Shown: positions 11,059 through 24,652, numbered from the stretch's first letter. The stretch is 64,000 bases of DNA from Eledone cirrhosa (GCA_964016885.1 OZ024763.1:26970001-27034000); one strand, 5' to 3'. The notes: generated by a model from the letters alone, not told the origin. Program-made: numbers and translations.

Positions 11059-14000
11059 ACTGGTTAGAGTGTTAAGCTAGGGATGGTAAGGTAGTTGTCA
11101 CTGGTTTAGTGGTTTAGTGGTTAGAGTGTTAAGCGAGGGATGGTAAGGTAGTTGTCAGTGGTTTAGTGGTTTAGTGGTTAGAGTGTTAAGCGAGGGATGG
11201 TAAGGTAGTTGTCAGTGGTTTAGTGGTTTAGTGGTTAGAGTGTTAAGCTAGAGATGGTAAGGTAGTTGTCACTGGTTTAGTGGTTTAGTGGTTAGTGTTA
11301 AGCTAGAGATGGTAAGGTAGTTGTCAGTGGTTTAGTGGTTTAGTGGTTAGAGTGTTAAGCGAGGGATGGTAAGGTAGTTGTCAGTGGTTTAGTGGTATAG
11401 TGGTTAGAGTGTTAAGCGAGGGATGGTAAGGTAGTTGTCACTGGTTTAGTGGTTTAGTGGTTAGAGTGTTAAGTTAGAGATGGTAAGGTAGTTGTCACTG
11501 GTTTAGTGGTTTAGTGGTTAGTGTTAAGCTAGGGATGGTAAGGTAGTTGTCACTGGTTTAGTGGTTTAGTGGTTAGTGTTAAGCTAGGGATGGTAAGGTA
11601 GTTGTCACTGGTTTAGTGGTTTAGTGGTTAGAGTGTTAAGCGAGGGATGGTAAGGTAGTTGTCACTGGTTTAGTGGTTTAGTCGTTAGAGTGTTAAGTTA
11701 GAGATGGTAAGGTAGTTGTCAGTGGTTTAGTGGTTTAGTGGTTAGAGTGTTAAGCTAGAGATGGTAAGGTAGTTGTCAGTGGTTTTGTGGTTTAGTGGTT
11801 AGAGTGTTAAGCTAGAGATGGTAAGGTAGTTGTCAGTGGTTTAGTGGTTTAGTGGTTAGAGTGTTAAGCTAGAGATGGTAAGGTAGTTGTCAGTGGTTTT
11901 GTGGTTTAGTGGTTAGAGTGTTAAGCGAGGGATGGTAAGGTAGTTGTCACTGGTTTAGTGGTTTAGTGGTTAGAGTGTTAAGCGAGGGATGGTAAGGTAG
12001 TTGTCAGTGGTTTTGTGGTTTAGTGGTTAGAGTGTTAAGCGAGGGATGGTAAGGTAGTTGTCACTGGTTTAGTGGTTTAGTGGTTAGAGTGTTAAGCTAG
12101 AGATGGTAAGGTAGTTGTCAGTGGTTTAGTGGTTTAGTGGTTAGAGTGTTAAGCTAGAGATGGTAAGGTAGTTGTCACTGGTTTAGTGGTTTAGTGGTGA
12201 GAGTGTTAAGCGAGGGATGGTAAGGTAGTTGTCACTGGTTTAGTGGTTTAGTGGTTAGAGTGTTAAGTTAGAGATGGTAAGGTAGTTGTCAGTGGTTTAG
12301 TGGTTTAGTGGTTAGAGTGTTAAGCTAGGGATGGTAAGGTAGTTGTCACTGGTTTAGTGGTTTAGTGGTTAGAGTGTTAAGCTAGGGATGGTAAGGTAGT
12401 TGTCACTGGTTTAGTGGTTTAGTGGTTAGAGTGTTAAGCTAGGGATGGTAAGGTAGTTGTCAGTGGTTTAGTGGTTTAGTGGTTAGAGTGTTAAGCTAGA
12501 GATGGTAAGGTAGTTGTCAGTGGTTTAGTGGTTTAGTGGTTAGAGTGTTAAGCTAGGGATGGTAAGGTAGTTGTCAGTGGTTTAGTGGTTTAGTGGTTAG
12601 AGTGTTAAGCTAGGGATGGTAAGGTAGTTGTCACTGGTTTAGTGGTTTAGTGGTTAGAGTGTTAAGCTAGGGATGGTAAGGTAGTTGTCAGTGGTTTAGT
12701 GGTTTAGTGGTTAGAGTGTTAAGCTAGGGATGGTAAGGTAGTTGTCAGTGGTTTAGTGGTTTAGTGGTTAGAGTGTTAAGCGAGGGATGGTAAGGTAGTT
12801 GTCACTGGTTTAGTGGTTTAGTGGTTAGAGTGTTAAGCGAGGGATGGTAAGGTAGTTGTCACTGGTTTAGTGGTTTAGTGGTTAGAGTGTTAAGTTAGAG
12901 ATGGTAAGGTAGTTGTCAGTGGTTTAGTGGTTTAGTGGTTAGAGTGTTAAGCGAGGGATGGTAAGGTAGTTGTCACTGGTTTAGTGGTTTAGTGGTTAGA
13001 GTGTTAAGTTAGAGATGGTAAGGTAGTTGTCACTGGTTTAGTGGTTTAGTGGTTAGAGTGTTAAGTTAGAGATGGTAAGGTAGTTGTCAGTGGTTTAGTG
13101 GTTTAGTGGTTAGAGTGTTAAGTTAGAGATGGTAAGGTAGTTGTCAGTGGTTTAGTGGTTTAGTGGTTAGAGTGTTAAGCGAGGGATGGTAAGGTAGTTG
13201 TCACTGGTTTAGTGGTTTAGTGGTTAGAGTGTTAAGTTAGAGATGGTAAGGTAGTTGTCAGTGGTTTAGTGGTTTAGTGGTTAGAGTGTTAAGCGAGGGA
13301 TGGTAAGGTAGTTGTCACTGGTTTAGTGGTTTAGTGGTTAGAGTGTTAAGCGAGGGATGGTAAGGTAGTTGTCACTGGTTTAGTGGTTTAGTGGTTAGAG
13401 TGTTAAGTTAGAGATGGTAAGGTAGTTGTCAGTGGTTTAGTGGTTTAGTGGTTAGAGTGTTAAGCGAGGGATGGTAAGGTAGTTGTCACTGGTTTAGTGG
13501 TTTAGTGGTTAGAGTGTTAAGTTAGAGATGGTAAGGTAGTTGTCAGTGGTTTAGTGGTTTAGTGGTTAGAGTGTTAAGCGAGGGATGGTAAGGTAGTTGT
13601 CACTGGTTTAGTGGTTTAGTGGTTAGAGTGTTAAGTTAGAGATGGTAAGGTAGTTGTCAGTGGTTTAGTGGTTTAGTGGTTAGAGTGTTAAGCGAGGGAT
13701 GGTAAGGTAGTTGTCACTGGTTTAGTGGTTTAGTGGTTAGAGTGTTAAGCTAGAGATGGTAAGGTAGTTGTCACTGGTTTAGTGGTTTAGTGGTTAGAGT
13801 GTTAAGCTAGGGATGGTAAGGTAGTTGTCAGTGGTTTAGTGGTTTAGTGGTTAGAGTGTTAAGCTAGAGATGGTAAGGTAGTTGTCAGTGGTTTAGTGGT
13901 TTAGTGGTTAGAGTGTTAAGCTAGGGATGGTAAGGTAGTTGTCACTGGTTTAGTGGTTTAGTGGTTAGAGTGTTAAGTTAGAGATGGTAAGGTAGTTGTC

Positions 14001-17000
14001 AGTGGTTTTGTGGTTTAGTGGTTAGAGTGTTAAGCGAGGGATGGTAAGGTAGTTGTCACTGGTTTAGTGGTTTAGTGGTTAGAGTGTTAAGTTAGAGATG
14101 GTAAGGTAGTTGTCAGTGGTTTTGTGGTTTAGTGGTTAGAGTGTTAAGCGAGGGATGGTAAGGTAGTTGTCAGTGGTTTAGTGGTTTAGTGGTTAGAGTG
14201 TTAAGCTAGAGATGGTAAGGTAGTTGTCACTGGTTTAGTGGTTTAGTGGTTAGAGTGTTAAGCTAGGGATGGTAAGGTAGTTGTCAGTGGTTTAGTGGTT
14301 TAGTGGTTAGAGTGTTAAGCTAGAGATGGTAAGGTAGTTGTCAGTGGTTTAGTGGTTTAGTGGTTAGAGTGTTAAGCTAGGGATGGTAAGGTAGTTGTCA
14401 CTGGTTTAGTGGTTTAGTGGTTAGAGTGTTAAGCTAGGGATGGTAAGGTAGTTGTCACTGGTTTAGTGGTTTAGTGGTTAGAGTGTTAAGCTAGGGATGG
14501 TAAGGTAGTTGTCAGTGGTTTAGTGGTTTAGTGGTTAGAGTGTTAAGCTAGAGATGGTAAGGTAGTTGTCAGTGGTTTAGTGGTTTAGTGGTTAGAGTGT
14601 TAAGCTAGGGATGGTAAGGTAGTTGTCAGTGGTTTAGTGGTTTAGTGGTTAGAGTGTTAAGCTAGAGATGGTAAGGTAGTTGTCAGTGGTTTAGTGGTTT
14701 AGTGGTTAGAGTGTTAAGCGAGGGATGGTAAGGTAGTTGTCACTGGTTTAGTGGTTTAGTGGTTAGAGTGTTAAGCTAGAGATGGTAAGGTAGTTGTCAC
14801 TGGTTTAGTGGTTTAGTGGTTAGAGTGTTAAGCGAGGGATGGTAAGGTAGTTGTCAGTGGTTTTGTGGTTTAGTAGTTAGAGTGTTAAGCTAGGGATGGT
14901 AAGGTAGTTGTCACTGGTTTAGTGGTTTAGTGGTTAGAGTGTTAAGCGAGGGATGGTAAGGTAGTTGTCAGTGGTTTTGTGGTTTAGTGGTTAGAGTGTT
15001 AAGCTAGGGATGGTAAGGTAGTTGTCACTGGTTTAGTGGTTTAGTGGTTAGAGTGTTAAGCTAGAGATGGTAAGGTAGTTGTCAGTGGTTTTGTGGTTTA
15101 GTAGTTAGAGTGTTAAGTTAGAGATGGTAAGGTAGTTGTCACTGGTTTAGTGGTTTAGTAGTTAGAGTGTTAAGCTAGAGATGGTAAGGTAGTTGTCACT
15201 GGTTTAGTGGTTTAGTAGTTAGAGTGTTAAGCGAGGGATGGTAAGGTAGTTGTCACTGGTTTAGTGGTTAGAGTGTTAAGTTAGAGATGGTAAGGTAGTT
15301 GTCACTGGTTTAGTGGTTTAGTAGTTAGAGTGTTAAGCGAGGGATGGTAAGGTAGTTGTCACTGGTTTAGTGGTTTAGTGGTTAGAGTGTTAAGTTAGAG
15401 ATGGTAAGGTAGTTGTCACTGGTTTAGTGGTTTAGTAGTTAGAGTGTTAAGCGAGGGATGGTAAGGTAGTTGTCACTGGTTTAGTGGTTTAGTGGTTAGA
15501 GTGTTAAGCTAGAGATGGTAAGGTAGTTGTCACTGGTTTAGTGGTTTAGTGGTTAGAGTGTTAAGCTAGAGATGGTAAGGTAGTTGTCAGTGGTTTTGTG
15601 GTTTAGTAGTTAGAGTGTTAAGCGAGGGATGGTAAGGTAGTTGTCACTGGTTTAGTGGTTTAGTGGTTAGAGTGTTAAGTTAGAGATGGTAAGGTAGTTG
15701 TCAGTGGTTTTGTGGTTTAGTAGTTAGAGTGTTAAGCGAGGGATGGTAAGGTAGTTGTCACTGGTTTAGTGGTTTAGTAGTTAGAGTGTTAAGCGAGGGA
15801 TGGTAAGGTAGTTGTCACTGGTTTTGTGGTTTAGTGGTTAGAGTGTTAAGTTAGAGATGGTAAGGTAGTTGTCACTGGTTTAGTGGTTTAGTGGTTAGAG
15901 TGTTAAGCTAGGGATGGTAAGGTAGTTGTCACTGGTTTAGTGGTTTAGTGGTTAGAGTGTTAAGCGAGGGATGGTAAGGTAGTTGTCACTGGTTTAGTGG
16001 TTTAGTGGTTAGAGTGTTAAGTTAGAGATGGTAAGGTAGTTGTCACTGGTTTAGTGGTTAGAGTGTTAAGTTAGAGATGGTAAGGTAGTTGTCAGTGGTT
16101 TTGTGGTTTAGTGGTTAGAGTGTTAAGTTAGAGATGGTAAGGTAGTTGTCAGTGGTTTTGTGGTTTAGTGGTTAGAGTGTTAAGTTAGAGATGGTAAGGT
16201 AGTTGTCAGTGGTTTTGTGGTTTAGTGGTTAGAGTGTTAAGTTAGAGATGGTAAGGTAGTTGTCACTGGTTTAGTGGTTTAGTGGTTAGAGTGTTAAGCT
16301 AGGGATGGTAAGGTAGTTGTCACTGGTTTTGTGGTTTAGTGTTTAGAGTGTTAAGCTAGGGATGGTAAGGTAGTTGTCACTGGTTTAGTGGTTTAGTGGT
16401 TAGAGTGTTAAGCTAGAGATGGTAAGGTAGTTGTCAGTGGTTTTGTGGTTTAGTGGTTAGAGTGTTAAGCGAGGGATGGTAAGGTAGTTGTCACTGGTTT
16501 AGTGGTTTAGTGGTTAGAGTGTTAAGTTAGAGATGGTAAGGTAGTTGTCAGTGGTTTTGTGGTTTAGTGGTTAGAGTGTTAAGCGAGGGATGGTAAGGTA
16601 GTTGTCACTGGTTTAGTGGTTTAGTGGTTAGAGTGTTAAGCTAGGGATGGTAAGGTAGTTGTCACTGGTTTAGTGGTTTAGTGGTTAGAGTGTTAAGCTA
16701 GGGATGGTAAGGTAGTTGTCACTGGTTTAGTGGTTTAGTGGTTAGAGTGTTAAGTTAGAGATGGTAAGGTAGTTGTCAGTGGTTTTGTGGTTTAGTGGTT
16801 AGAGTGTTAAGCTAGAGATGGTAAGGTAGTTGTCAGTGGTTTAGTGGTTTAGTGGTTAGAGTGTTAAGCTAGGGATGGTAAGGTAGTTGTCAGTGTTTTG
16901 TGGTTTAGTAGTTAGAGTGTTAAGCTAGGGATGGTAAGGTAGTTGTCACTGGTTTAGTGGTTTAGTGGTTAGAGTGTTAAGCGAGGGATGGTAAGGTAGT

Positions 17001-20000
17001 TGTCAGTGGTTTAGTGGTTTAGTGGTTAGAGTGTTAAGTTAGAGATGGTAAGGTAGTTGTCAGTGGTTTAGTGGTTTAGTGGTTAGAGTGTTAAGTTAGA
17101 GATGGTAAGGTAGTTGTCAGTGGTTTTGTGGTTTAGTGGTTAGAGTGTTAAGTTAGAGATGGTAAGGTAGTTGTCAGTGGTTTTGTGGTTTAGTAGTTAG
17201 AGTGTTAAGTTAGAGATGGTAAGGTAGTTGTCAGTGGTTTAGTGGTTTAGTGGTTAGAGTGTTAAGTTAGAGATGGTAAGGTAGTTGTCACTGGTTTAGT
17301 GGTTTAGTGGTTAGAGTGTTAAGCTAGGGATGGTAAGGTAGTTGTCAGTGGTTTAGTGGTTTAGTGGTTAGAGTGTTAAGCTAGAGATGGTAAGGTAGTT
17401 GTCAGTGGTTTTGTGGTTTAGTGGTTAGAGTGTTAAGTTAGAGATGGTAAGGTAGTTGTCACTGGTTTAGTGGTTAGAGTGTTAAGTTAGAGATGGTAAG
17501 GTAGTTGTCAGTGGTTTTGTGGTTTAGTGGTTAGAGTGTTAAGCTAGGGATGGTAAGGTAGTTGTCAGTGTTTTGTGGTTTAGTAGTTAGAGTGTTAAGT
17601 TAGAGATGGTAAGGTAGTTGTCACTGGTTTAGTGGTTAGAGTGTTAAGTTAGAGATGGTAAGGTAGTTGTCAGTGGTTTTGTGGTTTAGTGGTTAGAGTG
17701 TTAAGCTAGGGATGGTAAGGTAGTTGTCACTGGTTTAGTGGTTTAGTGGTTAGAGTGTTAAGCGAGGGATGGTAAGGTAGTTGTCACTGGTTTAGTGGTT
17801 TAGTGGTTAGAGTGTTAAGTTAGAGATGGTAAGGTAGTTGTCACTGGTTTAGTGGTTTAGTGGTTAGAGTGTTAAGCTAGGGATGGTAAGGTAGTTGTCA
17901 CTGGTTTAGTGGTTTAGTGGTTAGAGTGTTAAGCGAGGGATGGTAAGGTAGTTGTCACTGGTTTAGTGGTTAGAGTGTTAAGTTAGAGATGGTAAGGTAG
18001 TTGTCACTGGTTTAGTGGTTAGAGTGTTAAGTTAGAGATGGTAAGGTAGTTGTCAGTGGTTTTGTGGTTTAGTGGTTAGAGTGTTAAGTTAGAGATGGTA
18101 AGGTAGTTGTCAGTGGTTTTGTGGTTTAGTGGTTAGAGTGTTAAGTTAGAGATGGTAAGGTAGTTGTCAGTGGTTTTGTGGTTTAGTAGTTAGAGTGTTA
18201 AGTTAGAGATGGTAAGGTAGTTGTCAGTGGTTTTGTGGTTTAGTGGTTAGAGTGTTAAGTTAGAGATGGTAAGGTAGTTGTCACTGGTTTAGTGGTTAGA
18301 GTGTTAAGTTAGAGATGGTAAGGTAGTTGTCACTGGTTTAGTGGTTAGAGTGTTAAGTTAGAGATGGTAAGGTAGTTGTCAGTGGTTTTGTGGTTTAGTG
18401 GTTAGAGTGTTAAGTTAGAGATGGTAAGGTAGTTGTCAGTGGTTTTGTGGTTTAGTGGTTAGAGTGTTAAGTTAGAGATGGTAAGGTAGTTGTCACTGGT
18501 TTAGTGGTTAGAGTGTTAAGTTAGAGATGGTAAGGTAGTTGTCACTGGTTTAGTGGTTAGAGTGTTAAGTTAGAGATGGTAAGGTAGTTGTCACTGGTTT
18601 AGTGGTTAGAGTGTTAAGTTAGAGATGGTAAGGTAGTTGTCACTGGTTTAGTGGTTAGAGTGTTAAGTTAGAGATGGTAAGGTAGTTGTCACTGGTTTAG
18701 TGGTTAGAGTGTTAAGTTAGAGATGGTAAGGTAGTTGTCACTGGTTTAGTGGTTAGAGTGTTAAGTTAGAGATGGTAAGGTAGTTGTCACTGGTTTAGTG
18801 GTTAGAGTGTTAAGTTAGAGATGGTAAGGTAGTTGTCACTGGTTTAGTGGTTTAGTGGTTAGAGTGTTAAGCTAGAGATGGTAAGGTAGTTGTCACTGGT
18901 TTTGTGGTTTAGTGGTTAGAGTGTTAAGTTAGAGATGGTAAGGTAGTTGTCAGTGGTTTTGTGGTTTAGTGGTTAGAGTGTTAAGTTAGAGATGGTAAGG
19001 TAGTTGTCAGTGGTTTAGTGGTTAGAGTGTTAAGTTAGAGATGGTAAGGTAGTTGTCACTGGTTTAGTGGTTAGAGTGTTAAGTTAGAGATGGTAAGGTA
19101 GTTGTCACTGGTTTAGTGGTTAGAGTGTTAAGTTAGAGATGGTAAGGTAGTTGTCACTGGTTTAGTGGTTAGAGTGTTAAGTTAGAGATGGTAAGGTAGT
19201 TGTCACTGGTTTAGTGGTTAGAGTGTTAAGTTAGAGATGGTAAGGTAGTTGTCACTGGTTTAGTGGTTAGAGTGTTAAGTTAGAGATGGTAAGGTAGTTG
19301 TCACTGGTTTAGTGGTTAGAGTGTTAAGTTAGAGATGGTAAGGTAGTTGTCACTGGTTTAGTGGTTTAGTGGTTAGAGTGTTAAGCGAGGAATGGTAAGG
19401 TAGTTGTCACTGGTTTAGTGGTTTAGTGGTTAGAGTGTTAAGCGAGGGATGGTAAGGTAGTTGTCACTGGTTTAGTGGTTTAGTGGTTAGAGTGTTAAGC
19501 GAGGAATGGTAAGGTAGTTGTCACTGGTTTAGTGGTTTAGTGGTTAGAGTGTTAAGCGAGGAATGGTAAGGTAGTTGTCACTGGTTTAGTGGTTTAGTGG
19601 TTAGAGTGTTAAGCGAGGGATGGTAAGGTAGTTGTCACTGGTTTAGTGGTTAGAGTGTTAAGCAAGGGATGGTAAGGTAGTTGTCACTCGTTTAGTGGTT
19701 AGAGTGTTAAGCGAGGGATGGTAAGGTAGTTGTCAGTGGTTTTGTGGTTTAGTGGTTAGAGTGTTAAGCGAGGGATGGTAAGGTAGTTGTCACTGGTTTA
19801 GTGGTTAGAGTGTTAAGCGAGGGATGGTAAGGTAGTTGTCACTGGTTTAGTGGTTAGAGTGTTAAGCGAGGGATGGTAAGGTAGTTGTCAGTAGTTTAGT
19901 GGTTAGAGTGTTAAGCGAGGGATGGTAAGGTAGTTGTCAGTGGTTTAGTGGTTTAGTGGTTAGAGTGTTAAGCTAGGGATGGTAAGGTAGTTGTCAGTGG

Positions 20001-20086
20001 TTTAGTGGTTAGAGTGTTAAGCGAGGGATGGTAAGGTAGTTGTCACTGGTTTAGTGGTTAGAGTGTTAAGCTATGGATGGGAAGGT
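11059..20086. repeat. 57-bp tandem satellite (with 49-bp variant), about 9 kb, roughly 160 units
   Basis: Unit GGTTTAGTGGTTTAGTGGTTAGAGTGTTAAG(CT/CG/TT)AG(G/A)GATGGTAAGGTAGTTGTCA(C/G)T. Successive units start at 11103 and 11160. Confidence 0.98.
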
Positions 20087-20113
20087 GGGACTCAGACGTT
20101 GGGGTCCTCAGTT

Positions 20114-20193
<80 letters not shown>

Positions 20194-20302
20194 ATAATAA
20201 AGAGGAAAATGCAAAATTGAAGATGTTAGGGTCCTTTATTAATTGAGCCGTTATACATATTTCAATGACGATAGATATCGTGATTTTTTTAGACAGCAAA
20301 AA

Positions 20303-20339
<37 letters not shown>

Positions 20340-20776
20340 GGGGTAACAGATTATTGTTATAGGTAGTCCACTTAAGTGTAGTCCAGTTAGGGTAATCCGG
20401 GTAGTGGATGATATCAATGCTTGGCTAAGTTTGACTCAACAAGGTGTTTCCATAGTGATTCTGCGAGTAGGCTGTAATTCCTATGTTGTAAACACTTGGA
20501 GTAATGATAAATTGTTTAAAGACACCGGCTTATCTTTACACTAGACATAATACACCCCATGCCAGCTTTTACATGTCAATTTTATACATCTGCCTCATGT
20601 CAGCTAGTTTTACACGCTAAAATCGTAGATATACTATACTTCCCACCTAGATCGATGTTGTGATTATTTCAAATAATTTATTGCTAGCGTTGTTAGTATT
20701 GTTGTTATTGTTCTGATTGAATGCCATTACTACTATATATACTAGCCATGCCTGTATATTCTTTTCATTCTCACAA

Positions 20777-20882
20777 GCTCCGATGAATTGACTGGTTATA
20801 ACTTTGTATTGGTGATTGAATAACGTGAAAATAAGGGGGTAGCGATCTCTAGACCTACCAGTTCAGAGAAACAATTGTCAGC
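20777..20882 (+). ncRNA. Degenerate type-I hammerhead motif with long stem II
   Basis: GCT-CCGATGA-A-TTGACTGGT...ACCAGTTCA-GA-GAAA-CAATTG-TC-AGC. One core substitution (CCGATGA). Confidence 0.55.
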
Positions 20883-20967
20883 AATGAGATTAAAAAGCTT
20901 TTTTGTATAGCAAACCGTGTCACTCTTCTTTCCTGATTTATATATATATATATAAAACCTTATTCTT

Positions 20968-21003
20968 TCTTCTGATGAAGGACTAGCGTCCGAAACGTTA
21001 AGA
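20968..21003 (+). ncRNA. Minimal type-I hammerhead ribozyme, second copy of the 7064 family
   Basis: Identical 36-nt motif. The downstream ~90 bp is also homologous and ends in (TA)n. Confidence 0.8.
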
Positions 21004-21094
21004 CCTTCTTCCTGCTATTTCAAGCATTAACCTAATATATTCCTGTCATATACTGTACCGACTGTGTTGTTATTTCTGTTTACCTTTTACATAC

Positions 21095-21211
<117 letters not shown>

Positions 21212-21226
21212 CATATATATATATTA

Positions 21227-21518
21227 GTACCACAACATCCAGTCCAAATTAATGAGATAATGTGATCGAGATCGTGTAGGTGCCATGAAAAAATACACAG
21301 TCCACGCTGTAATGTGGCCACGGAGGTAACACAGTAAAAAGTTCCCAGTCCACACTGTAAATGTGGTTGGTGTTAGGAAGGGCATCCAGCCATAGAAAGC
21401 CTGCCAGATAGTCCTATACGAGTGAGATACGGTCACCCGACTAATCTTGCCCCAAATTGGGATAACTCCCGTCTAACCCATGCTAGTGTGGAAGATAGAC
21501 GTTAAACGATGATGATGA

Positions 21519-21521
<3 letters not shown>
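21227..21521 (+). mobile_element. RTE family 1 3' UTR fragment with (GAT)n tail
   Basis: Reverse complement of 91-370. Confidence 0.8.
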
Positions 21522-21559
<38 letters not shown>

Positions 21560-21659
21560 TATATATGTACATATATATATATATAAATATATATATGTAC
21601 ATATATATATATATAAATATATATATGTACATATATATATATATATAAATATTATATGT

Positions 21660-21705
<46 letters not shown>

Positions 21706-21707
<2 letters not shown>

Positions 21708-22240
21708 TCGTGTAGCACCCATCCACCATCTGAGTGAGTTTCTTGGTCAGTGTCCAAGTCTCAGACCCATACAGCAGCACAGACTCCACTACAGCAATGA
21801 AGAGGCGGATTTTCAGGTCTCTACGAAGGTCCGACTTCCACACCGAGCTGTGGCACGCCGCCCAGGCCTTGCTCTTCCTCTCAACCACATCATCCTCCGA
21901 GAATGCTGAGGATGGCTCTGAACATTAATCAGTATACACTGAGGATGAAAAACTCAGAGCTGTATGGGAGCATCCCAAAAGTCAGCTCAAAAGTGACACA
22001 GAGGAGACTGAGGTTAGCTGGACATGCTCACCGACATCCAGAGTTGACATTGCACTCAGTACTCCTTTGGGAGCCCCTACGTGGACACACTAGAAGAGGA
22101 AGACCAAGGTTAACGTATGTTGATGCCCTAAGGACAGACACTGGTCTGTTGGAGACGCAGGACATGGCAGTGATAATGAGGGACAGAGACCGCTGGAGAG
22201 AACTCGTCCATGGATCTCGGGAATTTTACCCGCCTTAGAT
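21706..22240 (+). mobile_element. RTE-like LINE family 2, 5'-truncated, with 5' inversion, inside (TA)n
   Basis: 21706-21895 (-) encodes ..[22 protein letters not shown] and 21903-22238 (+) continues MLRMALNI..RRLRLAGH..GRPR. The two parts are colinear in the copy at 26984-27830. Confidence 0.88.
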
Positions 22241-22800
22241 AGATATATATATATATATATGTATATAAATATATATATGTGTATGTACATATACACGCAT
22301 ATAAGAAATCATGTGACTAGTCACATGACAGACAACTCTAAAAACTTAAGCAATAAGATGACTCTTCAATTTAAAAATACATTTGCTGTACTGTGAGTTT
22401 ATTTTTAACATTCTCTACCTCACCTTACCCCATACCCCTCCCCCATCTCACCACATTCTTTTCCTTGTACTTCCAAACCTTGCCACCTTCTCACCTTTCC
22501 ACCTGCCAAACTCCCCACCTTTCTCTATCTGAATTATCTTCAACCATTTGTATACCTGGAAAGTTTACTTCACTTAAAGTTTAATGATCGTTAGAGCTTG
22601 TTAAATCTCAGGTGACTTCAGGTGTTTTCTAAATTTACTCAAATTAATAATTCACCGTAACTTACCTCACCTTACCTTACCTTACCATTGCATGCCATTC
22701 CCTCACTCTCCTCTCTTTCTTTCTCTCTGTCTTTCTTTCTTTCATTCTCATTATCTTTCTTTACTTCTTTCCTTCTTTCTTTCTCTGTCTCTTGTTTTAA

Positions 22801-23180
<380 letters not shown>

Positions 23181-23657
23181 AAATAGAGAAAAAGTTTTAA
23201 AATAAATTTTAAAAAGTTTGCTGTACTTACTATATGTACCCTTACCGCGCGGTTTCAAATCCCTAAATAAATGGATAATCCAGGCGGACCACCATTGAGA
23301 AGGGAATTCTCGTCAGAAGGTTCTTCTCGCTCGGAGAATATAAAATTCCCGAGTTCAAATTACAAACTGGCGCCATACAAAACTGTTCCCAGATGAGAGT
23401 GATTGAGTCAGGGACCAATTCTGTCTAGTGCCGTGTGTAAAGACAGAAGTCAAGGGTGGACAGGTCAATGTCCTGCCACTAGAAATAGCAGCAGTCCAAA
23501 TGACCAAAATGTTATCTCAACCTTAGGGGAGATTAATAAACCTTGATTTTATATGTTCTGGCTCGTTAATTTATTAACCTGCCATAAAACCACATTAGCA
23601 TACGGTTGGATAATACTTGTATCCCTATATGTATTTTTTACACGTAGGAACACATAC

Positions 23658-23707
<50 letters not shown>

Positions 23708-23992
23708 GGGGTCGAAAAAAAAAGTACCAGTAATGTACTGGGTAATTACTGGCCTTGTGCCAAAAGTAGAAACAATTATATATATATATATATATGTAAT
23801 GCACATGGTTCCCAAACTTAGCGTGTCTCGCACACTCACGCCACTAAAAAATAGCAGCCGAGTTTACTCGACATTTGAATTAGCTCGACGAATTAACGGA
23901 GCGGAATATACCAAAAGCATGTATTGAGTTAGATATACACACACTATCCAGTTTTTTATTAGATTTAGAAGTGATCAGGATACTAATTTCCT

Positions 23993-24268
23993 CACCCGCT
24001 GATGACCTTAGGACTTTGGTAATTCCTTTTCACAAATAATTGTTTCTACTTTAGGCACAAGGCCAGCAATTATCCAGTGTATTACTGGTACTTTATTTTA
24101 TCGACCCCGTAAGGATGAAAGGCAAAGTCAACCTCGGCGGGATTTGAACTCAGATTGTAAAGGGACGTAACTATGCTGGAAAGCATGGAGTCCGACCCTC
24201 TAATGATACTGCCAATCCACCGCCCTATAATAATATTGCGAAACAGTTTTATTAAAACTGTCTGGGTG
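23993..24268 (+). ncRNA. Type-I hammerhead motif split by a SINE B insertion in the stem II region
   Basis: CACCCG-CTGATGA (23993-24005) ... GAAA-CAGTTTT-ATT-AAAACTG-TC-TGGGTG (24240-24268). Confidence 0.65.
24035..24226 (-). mobile_element. SINE family B
   Basis: Reverse complement of 6749-6940. Confidence 0.88.
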
Positions 24269-24619
24269 TTTGGTTGTTACCACAATTATGGTTTATTTTT
24301 CTTGATTTATTCTTAAATTGAGTCTGGCAAACCCTATTGTCTGTAGTTAGTATTTTTTTCACCTTAGCGATTCTGGTCCATTACGATTTGAACACATATA
24401 TGTCTGTGTTTGTTTTTTCCTTTTTGTTCAGTTATACTATATATATATTTATATAAATTCAAGAGCAAATGACATATGTCGGAATCTATCCTTCAGTTTT
24501 CATTACAGGCAATATGGCGCGTGTTTGTAATTTCTCCAGACACGACATCTTTATTCATTTTAATAATATCTATCTCTCTCTCTCTCTCTCTATATATATA
24601 TGTTGAAAAATAGACTTCA

Positions 24620-24620
24620 T

Positions 24621-24652
<32 letters not shown>

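Noticed and set aside
11059-20086. CRISPR array or true telomeric tract
   Set aside because: No unique spacers, no cas genes and a eukaryotic context. The GGTTTAGT 8-mer is not canonical TTAGGG and is explained by a SINE A box.
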